A stretch of DNA of 28,887 bases from Brevibacterium luteolum (GCF_013004595.1 NZ_JABEMC010000006.1:124001-152887), one strand, 5' to 3'; shown: positions 18,955 through 27,157, counted from the stretch's first letter. Notes: generated by a model from the letters alone, not told the origin. Translations and numbers: made by a program.

Positions 18955-20091
18955 TCAGAACCCCGCGTTCTGCGGCTGGTATGGGGAGACGACGACGTCG
19001 ACGCGCTGGAACTCCTTGAGATCCAGGTAGCCGGTCGTCGCCATCGCCCGGCGCAGCGCCCCGGCAAGGTTGACTTCGCCGATCGCGGTGTGGCCGGGAC
19101 CGAAGAGCAGCTGTTCGAGCGGGGCGACGGTGCCGATGTCGACGCGGCGTCCGCGCGGAAGCTGGCTGTGGTGGGCTTCAGCACCCCAGTGACAGCCCTT
19201 GCCCGGAGCCTCTTCGGCACGGGCGAGCGCGGAGCCGAGCATCACGGCGTCAGCGCCCATCGCGAAGGCCTTGATGATGTCGCCGGAGGTGCCGAGTCCG
19301 CCGTCGGCGATGACGTGGACGTAGCGGCCGCCGGATTCGTCCATGTAGTCCCGGCGGGCGGCGTGCACATCGGCAAGTGCGGTGGCCATCGGTGCGTGGA
19401 TGCCCAGCGTGCGCCGTGTGGTGGCCGCTGCTCCCCCGCCGAAGCCGACGAGCACACCGGCGGCACCGGTGCGCATGAGGTGCAGGGAGGCGGTGTAGGT
19501 GGCGGCGCCGCCGACGATGACGGGCACGTCGAGTTCGTAGATGAAGCGCTTGAGGTTGAGCGGTTCGGCGTTGGAGGAGACATGCTCGGCCGACACGGTG
19601 GTGCCGCGGATGACGAACAGGTCGACGCCGGCGTCGACGACGGTGCGCCAGAACTCCTGGGTGCGCTGCGGGGTGAGCGCGCCGGCGACGGTGACGCCGG
19701 CTTCGCGGATCTCTGCCAGGCGGGCGGTGATGAGCTCTTCCTTGATCGGCTCGGCGTAGATCTGCTGCATCCGCTCGGTGGCCTGGTCAGACGGCAGTGA
19801 GGCGATCTCGTCGAGGTAGGGCTGCGGGTCCTCATAGCGGGTCCACACGCCTTCGAGGTCGAGCACGCCGAGGCCGCCGAGCCTGCCGAGGGCGATGGCC
19901 GTGGCCGGGGAGGCGACGGAGTCCATCGGGGCGGACATGAACGGGATGTCGAAGTGATAGGCGTCGATCTGCCATTCGAGGGAGACATCCTGCGGGTCGC
20001 GGGTGCGCCGGGCCGGGATGATCGCGATGTCATCCAGGGAGAAGGCCCGCAGGCCGCGCTTGCCTTTGCCGATTTCGATTTCGCTGCTCAC
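18955..20091 (-). CDS. guaB3: GuaB3-family IMP dehydrogenase-related protein
   Basis: EIEIGKGKRG..AFSLDDIAIIPARRTRDP, GTTVSAEHV, LNLKRFIYELDVPVIVGG, RRDYMDESGGRYVHVIADG and GYLDLKEFQRV. Confidence 0.93.
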   Translation of the reverse strand: MSSEIEIGKGKRGLRAFSLDDIAIIPARRTRDPQDVSLEWQIDAYHFDIPFMSAPMDSVASPATAIALGRLGGLGVLDLEGVWTRYEDPQPYLDEIASLPSDQATERMQQIYAEPIKEELITARLAEIREAGVTVAGALTPQRTQEFWRTVVDAGVDLFVIRGTTVSAEHVSSNAEPLNLKRFIYELDVPVIVGGAATYTASLHLMRTGAAGVLVGFGGGAAATTRRTLGIHAPMATALADVHAARRDYMDESGGRYVHVIADGGLGTSGDIIKAFAMGADAVMLGSALARAEEAPGKGCHWGAEAHHSQLPRGRRVDIGTVAPLEQLLFGPGHTAIGEVNLAGALRRAMATTGYLDLKEFQRVDVVVSPYQPQNAGF

Positions 20092-20163
20092 ACCTCCAGG
20101 GTATCGCAGGCCCCAGACGCATCTCTCATCGGCTGTTCAGGCACGCAGCCGGCGCTGCTGTGG

Positions 20164-20579
20164 TCAGTCGCCGGTGGACCCGTCGAGGTGTTCGCGGATG
20201 AGGTCGGCGTGGCCGAGGTGACGGTTGTACTCCTCGATCATGTGCACGAGCATCCAGCGGATGCTCCACGGCTCGCCTTCGCGTGGTGGTGCGGCAACGG
20301 GCGCGGACAGGTCGGTGATGCCTGCGGTGATCCCACGCGAACGGGCGGCGGTGTCGGTGAACAGGGCCCGCGCCTCGGCGGCGGGGATCTCGGCTGCGAG
20401 GTCCCAGTCCCAGTCGCTGCTGTCCTCCCACGGTGCGGTGTCCCACGGCGCGGCGGGCGGGCGGCCACACGGTGGCCGAACCAGTAGTCCTCGACGAAGG
20501 CCATGTGGGTGAGCAGCCCGGCCAGGGTCATCGTCGACGGTGCCAGCGGCGTGCGCAGCGGCCGGCGGTGCGATGTTCG
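20164..20579 (-). pseudogene. DinB/DUF664-family remnant, 5'-truncated with one frameshift
   Basis: One frame gives [27 protein letters not shown]. After a shift near 20455-20465 another frame gives [15 protein letters not shown]...[37 protein letters not shown] (20164). The usual N-terminal helix is absent. Confidence 0.8.
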
Positions 20580-20580
20580 C

Positions 20581-21237
20581 TCAGTCGGTCATCGTGGCTG
20601 CCAGCTCGGCGAGCTGCTGGGGTGTGCCGGTCATGATCGCGGCGGCGTGTGCCGTGATCGGCTCGATCGGCCAGTCCCACCACCGCACGCGGCGCAGCAG
20701 GTCGACCTCGTCTGGTGTGAAGCGGCTGCGGATGTGCCGGGCCGGGTTGCCGGCCACCACCGCATAGGTTGCGACATCGCCGGTCACCACCGACCTCGCG
20801 CCGATGATCGCGCCGTCGCCGATCGTGACGCCGGGCAGGATCATCGCCTCGCGGCCGATCCACACATCATTGCCGATCGTCGTGTCACCGGCCTGTTCCA
20901 GGCTCGTGAAGGCGTTGAGGGTGTTCGCGGTCCAGTCGCCGCCGAACATCGTGAACGGGTATGTCGACGGGCCGGCCATCGGATGCGTGCCGCCGGGCAT
21001 GAGGAACTGCGCGCCGGGGCCGATCTCGGTGAAACTGCCGATCCGCAGCCGCTGCGGCCCGTAGAGGTAGGCGACATTGGCCTTAGCGAACGGCGGTCGC
21101 CACCCTTCATCGTCGTAGTAGGTGTAGCGGCCGATCTCAATGAGCGGTGAGCTGACGTCGTGTGCCAGGAAGACGACGTTGGTCAGCTCCGGCCGGGTCG
21201 TCGGGGTGCGCGCGTGGGCGTCGGGGATGCCAGTCAT
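20581..21237 (-). CDS. vat: Vat/CatB-type xenobiotic O-acetyltransferase, most similar in motifs to streptogramin A acetyltransferases
   Basis: IEIGRYTYYDD, catalytic-His region MPGGTHPMAGPSTYPFTMFGGDW, hexapeptide repeats GDTTIGNDVWIG..ILPGVTIGDGAIIGARSVVT, GNPAR and WWDW. ATG 21237 follows GAGGAG and overlaps the upstream stop. 218 aa. The symbol is family-level only. Confidence 0.85.
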   Translation of the reverse strand: MTGIPDAHARTPTTRPELTNVVFLAHDVSSPLIEIGRYTYYDDEGWRPPFAKANVAYLYGPQRLRIGSFTEIGPGAQFLMPGGTHPMAGPSTYPFTMFGGDWTANTLNAFTSLEQAGDTTIGNDVWIGREAMILPGVTIGDGAIIGARSVVTGDVATYAVVAGNPARHIRSRFTPDEVDLLRRVRWWDWPIEPITAHAAAIMTGTPQQLAELAATMTD

Positions 21238-21440
21238 GGGTTCTCCTCTGATTCGGGCGGGTCGATGCGGTGCAGGCCGGAGGTATCGAGCTCCAGCCAG
21301 GTGTCGAGCTGGCAGCGGGCGAGGAAGGCGCCGTCGTGGCTGACGATGATGAGCCTGCCGCGATAGGACTCCAGCGCGGAGACGAGGGCGTCGACGCTGG
21401 AGAGGTCGAGGCTGTTGGTCGGTTCGTCGATCAAGCTCAA
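21234..21440 (-). pseudogene. 3' remnant of an ABC-F family ATPase
   Basis: LIDEPTNSLDLSSVDALVSALESYRGRLIIVSHDGAFL is the second-NBD Walker B/H-loop region of ABC-F proteins. Similarity ends near 21435-21445, just before the recombinase start. Confidence 0.8.
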
Positions 21441-21467
21441 GGGGCAGAGGGAAGGCAGACACACCTG

Positions 21468-23052
21468 ATGTCCATGAACACCACCACGACAACGAACACC
21501 AACACGACCACTACGAACAGGCTCTTGGAGCTACCACAGCTCACGCCGGAGCTGCGGGCCGCAGTCGAGCGGCTGCGCGAAATGGCCGGAGAGAACTGGA
21601 CCGCTTCGATCCTCTATGGCCGGGCCTCCCAGGACCGGCACAAGCTGATGCGCTCGATCGATGACCAGCTCACCGACATGGTCGGCTGGTGCCTGCCGAT
21701 CGAATGGTACCCAGAGGCGATCGTTCGCGACGCTGACCGGTCGGCCTCTCAGTGGCGCAGGCGGGAACGCGAAGGCTTCGACGAGGCCATGGCCTTGATC
21801 GAGTCCCGCAAGTACGGCGGCTTCGCCTCCTGGGAGCCCTCGCGTGCCGGGCGCGATATGGAGGTCTACGTGCAGTTGCGCAAGGCCTGCCAGCGCGCCG
21901 GAGTCCTCTACCTCACCCACGGCAGGGTGTACGACTTCTCCCGCTCCGATGACACGTTCATGATGGGCTTCGAGTTCCTCCGCGCCGAGGCCGATGCGAA
22001 CACGATGCGGGAGCGGCAGTTGCGCACGGCCAAGATCAACGCGGACAAGGGCCGCCCCCACGGTCGTCTCCCGTACGGGTACCGGCGGGTCTACGACCAG
22101 CACACCGGTGTCCTACTGCGCCAGGAACCCGACCCCCACACCGGGCAGATCGTCCGCGATGCCGCCCGTGACGTGCTCGCGGGTAAGAGCATGTACTCGA
22201 TCGCGATGCGGTTGCAGGATGCCGGGGAGCCCACACCGAAGAAGCCGTGGGCCGAGAGTCCCCGCGGCTGGGATACCTACACCGTCCGCCAGGTGCTCCA
22301 GAACCCCACCATCGCCGGCAAGCGCGTCTACCGTGGCGAGGTTATCGGGGATGCGCAGTGGGAGCCGCTGATCGACTGGGAGGACTTCCAGAAGATCCAG
22401 CGCCTCTTCGCCGATCCCGGTCGTCTGGTCAAGGGCGGGGGCGGGATGGCCGCGAAGACGCTCATGGTCCACATCGCCCGCTTCCACTACTGCGGCCGCC
22501 CTTTGAAGCGGGCCACGATGCGGAAGAAGGAAAGGACTCCTGCGGTGAAGTACCAGTGCCAGTTCCGGGGGTGCTACAAGACGATGATCTCCCAGCCGGG
22601 CCTGGACGCCTATGTCGAGCAGGTCGTGCTCGAGTGGTTCCAGAACCCGACCAACCTCGCCTGGCTCACCGGCGACGACGACGGCGATTGGCTCAAGGTT
22701 GCCGAAGCCGCCGAACAGAAGCGGGCGGCCTTGCAGGCCCGGCTGGACGAGGTCATCGCCCAGTATGCGGTCGGGAGTCTGAACCTCGACACGCTGACCA
22801 GCTGGAAGCCGCGTTGCGGCCCCAGATCGCCGAGGCCGAGCAGGCGCTCATCCCCCCCCCCGGTGACCGAACGAACGCGTCCGCGCTCTCGTCACCGCCG
22901 AGGATGTGCCCACCGCGTGGGCGCGCTTGCCGTTGGCGGAGCGGAGGAAGATCATCAAGGCCACGTTCAACGTGCGCATCCAGCAGACGAAGAACCGGGG
23001 CCAGAACGCGTTCGAGCCCGAGCGGGTACTCATCGAGCCCCGCGCCCTCTAA
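21468..23052 (+). pseudogene. Large serine recombinase/integrase with a frameshifted C-terminus
   Basis: Catalytic LYGRASQD, SASQW, WEPSRAGR, GRPHGRLPYGY, VRQVLQNPTIAG and WEPLI motifs, then a zinc-ribbon region and coiled coil. The frame must shift near 22800, in the C-run at about 22852-22861 and near 22870 to read LEAALRPQIAEAEQALIPP-VT-ERVRALVTAEDVPTAWARLPLAERRKIIKATFNVRI...ERVLIEPRAL-TAA (23050-23052). Confidence 0.88.
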
Positions 23053-23096
23053 AGGACGCGAGGCTCGATGCCGGACCGGTCAGAGTACCGGACGGG

Positions 23097-23297
23097 TCAG
23101 GAGGCGCCGCCGCGGAGTTGGTGACGGATCATCTCGGCCTGCTCGACACTCATAGGCGGGAACCGGCAGGCCGTGGACTTCGCGGCCTGCCGGATCGCCT
23201 CCCGGTCGGTCTCGGTCAGTGCCTCGTCGTCGATCGCGAGACGAGGTTTCGTTGTGGGGCTGTTGGTCTGGGTGTGGGATGCCGGCGCGCTGCTCAT
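23097..23297 (-). CDS. Small hypothetical protein (66 aa) convergent on the recombinase
   Basis: MSSAPASHTQTNSPTTKPRLAIDDEALTETDREAIRQAAKSTACRFPPMSVEQAEMIRHQLRGGAS. It fills the gap, has plausible codon usage and a helical-looking C-terminal half. No family recognised. Confidence 0.5.
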   Translation of the reverse strand: MSSAPASHTQTNSPTTKPRLAIDDEALTETDREAIRQAAKSTACRFPPMSVEQAEMIRHQLRGGAS

Positions 23298-23340
23298 ATC
23301 CGACAGGTACGCTCTTGCACCCGCGGCCAGAAGAAGGCGA

Positions 23341-23388
23341 CCGCTACATCTAGCCATCTCCGCCGATTCGAATCACTATATCTAGATC
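23341..23388. promoter_or_regulatory. Tandem NrdR-box-like motifs
   Basis: ccgCTACATCTAGcca (23341-23356) and tcaCTATATCTAGatc (23373-23388) have cores exactly 32 bp apart and resemble the NrdR consensus acaCwAtATaTwGtg. A minus-strand TATAGT -10-like hexamer lies inside the second box. Confidence 0.5.
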
Positions 23389-23545
23389 CTTGGCTCCTCG
23401 CCGGCTATGCGTTGCCTTGCGGCGATCGCGGTGAGCTGTCGTTGTCTCTCAGTGTTGATAGTCCGAACCGGGATTGTCGCGACACCTTCCCTATGACGGT
23501 GATCTGTATGATCACGAGCGAGAAGACACGCCAGAGGAGCTGCCC

Positions 23546-24244
23546 TTACCGGGTCTCTCCGGCGGCTGCGGGAATGAGACCCGCGCTCCGCGAGTCAAGG
23601 TAATCACGTGCATGCTGCTGACCGGTGTCGAGGAGCTTTCGACTGTCGGAGATGCCGAGGTTGTCCAGCATTTGCAGCCATGCTTGCTCCACGCGATGCC
23701 CGAGCTTGCTGAGTGAGCCAAGCCGGTCAGCGAGCTGGTAGGTTCCGTAGAGGACCGAGATCATCATCCAGGCTTCGTCGTCGAGGTCGATGTCCTGAGC
23801 GATCTGGCCAGCTTCCTGCGCTCGTATCAGCTGGCGCTTCACAAGCGTCATCCACGTCGTACAGGGCTGGAAGTCTCCGCCATCGGGTGCGGTCCGGTCG
23901 CCTTCCAGGGCCATTGCTGCCTGAAAAATGGACATGTTCTTCTCATCGGTGATGACGATGAACACCGTCGCAACCAAGGCTTCAAGACCCGAAACTCCTC
24001 GGCGTTCGAGTCCTTCCGCGCAGGTATTGAGCAACTGGTCCTGGCGAGACAGGACCGCGTGGGCGATGTCGGCCTTGGCCGGGAAGTGGTAGGTGATGAA
24101 GTTTGGGGTGCTCTTGCCGAGCACCTTGAGGATGCCAGTGTGGGTGGTTCCTCCGTAGCCGTTGCGCGCGAACTCACCCGCTGCGGCGCTGACGATCAGA
24201 TCACGAGTTGCAGACGAACGCGACTGTCGAGTCCGCATCGGCAT
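23546..24244 (-). CDS. TetR-family regulator, ScbR/ArpA (autoregulator receptor)-like
   Basis: RQSRSSATRDLIVSAAAGEFARNGYGGTT..ILKV...YHFPAKADIAHAV parallels the ScbR N-terminus (Q.R...TR..I..AA..F...GY..T...IL). The C-domain has FQPCTTW..L...L.RAQEAGQI, with Trp at the position conserved in gamma-butyrolactone receptors. Confidence 0.8.
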   Translation of the reverse strand: MPMRTRQSRSSATRDLIVSAAAGEFARNGYGGTTHTGILKVLGKSTPNFITYHFPAKADIAHAVLSRQDQLLNTCAEGLERRGVSGLEALVATVFIVITDEKNMSIFQAAMALEGDRTAPDGGDFQPCTTWMTLVKRQLIRAQEAGQIAQDIDLDDEAWMMISVLYGTYQLADRLGSLSKLGHRVEQAWLQMLDNLGISDSRKLLDTGQQHARDYLDSRSAGLIPAAAGETR

Positions 24245-24549
24245 CCGCTCCTTCCCGCTTCATCGATCGCTTCCGGCCGTCGTCCAGTCTACCCTTCCCG
24301 TTCCCCACGCACTTCAATCGCGAGCGAGCACGGCCACCTGATCGCAGCTCTGCCGGAGGCTCACGCGCACGCAGGAAATGGGCGGGTGACCAACGTCACT
24401 CCTATCTCACCACCGACGGTCCGACAAGGCTTGCGGAGGGCTGTCTCGCACCAGGTGCGACCAGCACCTTCACGGCTCCCGCTTCGTCGAACACCACCAG
24501 CTGCCACCCGGCGCCATGCACTCGACGGCAACAACGTTGTGCCACAGAG

Positions 24550-24580
24550 TTTAGATGCGCGTCTAAATCGGTGTTAGGCT
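24550..24580 (+). promoter_or_regulatory. 18-bp palindromic operator overlapping the putative ACP-operon promoter
   Basis: TTTAGATGCGCGTCTAAA (24550-24567) is one mismatch from a perfect dyad. TAGGCT -10-like hexamer at 24575-24580, ACP ATG at 24655. Confidence 0.6.
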
Positions 24581-24654
24581 ACTTCTCGGCCCGGCTGGGG
24601 TCCTGCGACACGTGCCGGGTTTCTCCTCATTGGAACAAAGAAAGACGGACAACC

Positions 24655-24936
24655 ATGCCTCATGTGAATGTGACGGAAGAGAAGCTGCGCTCGGTCGTCT
24701 TCGAGATTCTCGACGATGCCTCCGGTGTGGAGAACGCCGATCTCAACTCGAATCTCGACGACGTTGGCGTGGACTCTCTCGGTCTGACCGAGTTGATCGT
24801 CGAGATCGAGACTCGTCTCGACCTCGGCGAAGAACTCGACAGCAAGCTCAACGGCCTTGATCGCACCGGAATTCTCGGCACGCTCATCGAGCACCTCCAT
24901 GGCGTCATCAACTCCCTGCCAGCCCCGACCAGCTGA
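24655..24936 (+). CDS. Acyl carrier protein (93 aa)
   Basis: Small acidic protein with the phosphopantetheine motif LDDVGVDSLGLTELIVEIETRL. ATG 24655 follows a purine-rich stretch. The ORF-track start at 24208 is over-extended. Confidence 0.88.
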   Translation: MPHVNVTEEKLRSVVFEILDDASGVENADLNSNLDDVGVDSLGLTELIVEIETRLDLGEELDSKLNGLDRTGILGTLIEHLHGVINSLPAPTS

Positions 24937-24971
24937 GCACCGGCAGAAACCACGACAAGGACAGATGACTC

Positions 24972-26159
24972 ATGACTGACACCCTTCTTGACAGCCCGAT
25001 CGCCGGGGAATTCGCCGCCTGGGAGAACGAAGGAGTTTCCCCGTTCCTCCCCACGGTCGAATCCAACACCGGAAACCGAGTCCGCATGAACGGCCGCGAT
25101 GGCGTGCTCATGTTCGGCTCGTGCGACTAACTCGGACTCTCCCAGAATCCCGCGGTCGCCGAGGCATCGATCCAGGCGATCCGGCGTTTCGGAACGAACA
25201 CCTACGGCGCACAGGCCCTGTGCGGACACACCGTCCTCCACGAGGACATCGAGAATCGTCTCGCACGCCTCCACGACAAGGACGCCGCGCTCCTGTTCCC
25301 CTCGGGCATGTCGGCCAACCTCGCCGTGCTCACCAGCCTGGCCGGTCCCGAGGACGTGATCATCAACGACCGGCTCAACCACGTCTCGATCTTCATGGGC
25401 GCCCGCCTCTCCGGCGCGAAAGTCCGTACGTACCAGCACAACGACATGCGCCGCCTCGAAGCCATCCTGTCCTCGACGACAGACAAGCGACGACGCATCA
25501 TCGTCACCGACGGCTTGTTCTCCGCCGACGGTGACCTCGCGCCCCTGGACACGATCACCGGCTTGGCCGAGACCTACGACGCGATGGTCGTCGTGGACGA
25601 AGCCCACTCCTTCGGCTGCCTTGGCCCGCGTGGACTGGGCGCAGCCGATCACTTCGGGGTGCTCGACAAAGTCGACGTGATCGTCGGAACCATGAGCAAA
25701 GCCATCGGCAGCACCGGAGGCTTCGTCGTCACCAGCCATGACATCCAGTTGCTGCTGCGAACCACCGCCCCCTCGTACACGAGTTCACGAGGTGCGTCCC
25801 CCGCCGTGGCCGGAGCCACCCTGAAAGCTCTGGAGATCATCGAGCACGACGGACCTGAACTGAGAGCCAGACTCGCCGAGAACGTCAAGTACATCTCGTC
25901 GAGACTGCGTGTGGAGGGTATCGACCTGGCCGACACGTCCAGCCAGGTCCTTCCGGTCATGATCGGATCCGAGGACACGACGATCCGGGTCGCACACTGG
26001 CTCATCGAGCACGGAGTGTTCGCTGCCGCGTTCACGTTCCCCAATGTCCCCAGAGGCAAGGGGCGCCTGCGAATCGGAGTCACCGCCGCCCATACCCGCG
26101 CTGAATGCGACGAACTCATCGACAGGCTGCTCCAGGCACGGGAGGACTACCCGTTCTAA
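24972..26159 (+). pseudogene. PLP-dependent alpha-oxoamine synthase (BioF/SPT/Kbl/CqsA family) with one in-frame nonsense codon
   Basis: One frame from ATG 24972 reads ...MFGSCD*LGLSQNP; TAA 25128-25130 replaces the Tyr of the DYLGL motif. It continues LFPSGMSAN, DRLNHVSI, TDGLFSADGD, VDEAHS, GTMSKAIG (PLP lysine), VPRGKGRLR and HT. Full length would be 395 aa. Confidence 0.9.
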
Positions 26160-27157
26160 ATGAGTGACAAGACCAGGCCCACCTCGCTAACCCCCATGGA
26201 CACTCATCCTGCCCCGATGGCCGCCCGGTCCGGACCGGCTGGATTCTCGCGGCCATCGCCACTGCTTATCTTGTCGTGATGATGGACTACTCCATCATCA
26301 ATGTGGCGTTGCAGACCATCCAGGAAGACTTCGACGCCTCGAACGCGCAGATGCAATGGATGGTCAGCGGATACGAGATCTTTTACGCCGCACTACTCCT
26401 GCCCGCCGGATTCCTCGCCGATCGGTACGGACGCAACCGCGTGCTCATCACCGGTCTGCTCGTATTCCTCCTCGGCTCCGGCCTCATGGCCACAGCGGCC
26501 TCGGCCAACCAGATCATCGTCTGGCGAGTCCTCATGGGCATCGGCGGAGCCGTGGTCCCAGCGACCACGCTCGCGATCATCAAGCACATCTTCCCCGCGG
26601 CCAAACAGGCACGGGCCATGGGCGTGTGGTCGGCAGTCGGCGGGGCGTCTGTCGCGGTCGGTCCCATCCTTGGCGGGCTCCTGGTCCAGTTCTTCCCCTG
26701 GTGGTCCATCTTCCTCATCAATGTGCCCATCGTTGCCGTCTTCCTCATCGTCATCGCGAAGGCCACGCCCGAGTCCAAGACCCCCACCGGGAACAGGCTC
26801 GATGTCATCGGCATCGTTCTCTCCGCGGCCGCTGTCGCAGCGCTGACCTTCGGTCTGATCCGCGGCGGCGAGACTGCTCAATGGGTGGGATGGGATACGG
26901 CCGGGATGATCACACTCGGCGTGCTCCTGCTCATCGTCCTGGTGATCGTCGAACGGCACCGGCTCGCCCCGATGCTCGATGTCAGTCTGTTGCGGCACCG
27001 GGCGTTTGCCACAGGCACCATGTCGATCTCCCTGGCCTACTTCGCATTGACCGGCGGCACGTTCCTGCTCGTGTTCTATATCCAGCTCATCCGTGGACAA
27101 ACACCCCTCGAACTAGGTGTACTGACCGGACACGTTGATCGACGGTCAGGAGCTTGA
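26160..27157 (+). pseudogene. DHA2 (14-TMS, EmrB/QacA-like) MFS exporter, 5' frameshift and 3' truncation
   Basis: ATG 26160 abuts the synthase stop but is out of frame with WILAAIATAYLVVMMDYSIINVAL, QWMVSGY, GFLADRYGRNR, WRVLMGIGGA, GPILGG and WWSIFLINVP. Similarity stops at about 27120 (IQLIRGQTPLELG), leaving the last TM segments missing. Confidence 0.85.
27118..27145. mobile_element. Possible IS481-family-like terminal inverted repeat at the MFS breakpoint
   Basis: TGTACTGACCGGACACGTTGATCGACG begins exactly where MFS similarity ends. It starts with TGT as IS481-family ends do. No partner end or transposase is seen in the window. Confidence 0.4.

Noticed and set aside
20092..20097. GGAGGT directly before the guaB3 GTG as a Shine-Dalgarno site
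   Set aside because: It has zero spacing to the start codon. It fits better as the spacer between a TACCCT -10 element and a leaderless start.
20581..21492. 303-aa version of the acetyltransferase
   Set aside because: The N-terminal 85 aa are an alternate frame of the ABC-F remnant. The RBS and family similarity start at 21237.
21270..23603. 777-aa ORF as a single giant recombinase fusion
   Set aside because: The first 66 codons are antisense to the ABC-F remnant, and everything after about 22800 is out-of-frame read-through. The real C-terminus is in other frames and ends at 23052.
25128..25130. In-frame stop as programmed recoding (Sec/Pyl)
   Set aside because: The codon is TAA, not TGA or TAG, and it sits at a conserved Tyr one base from TAC. 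A nonsense mutation or base-call error is simpler.
24972..26159. Calling the synthase bioF because bioYMN is nearby
   Set aside because: It is 9 kb away inside an island, in an operon with an ACP and an exporter, with no bioA/bioD/bioB, no BioQ site noticed, and divergent N-terminal motifs.
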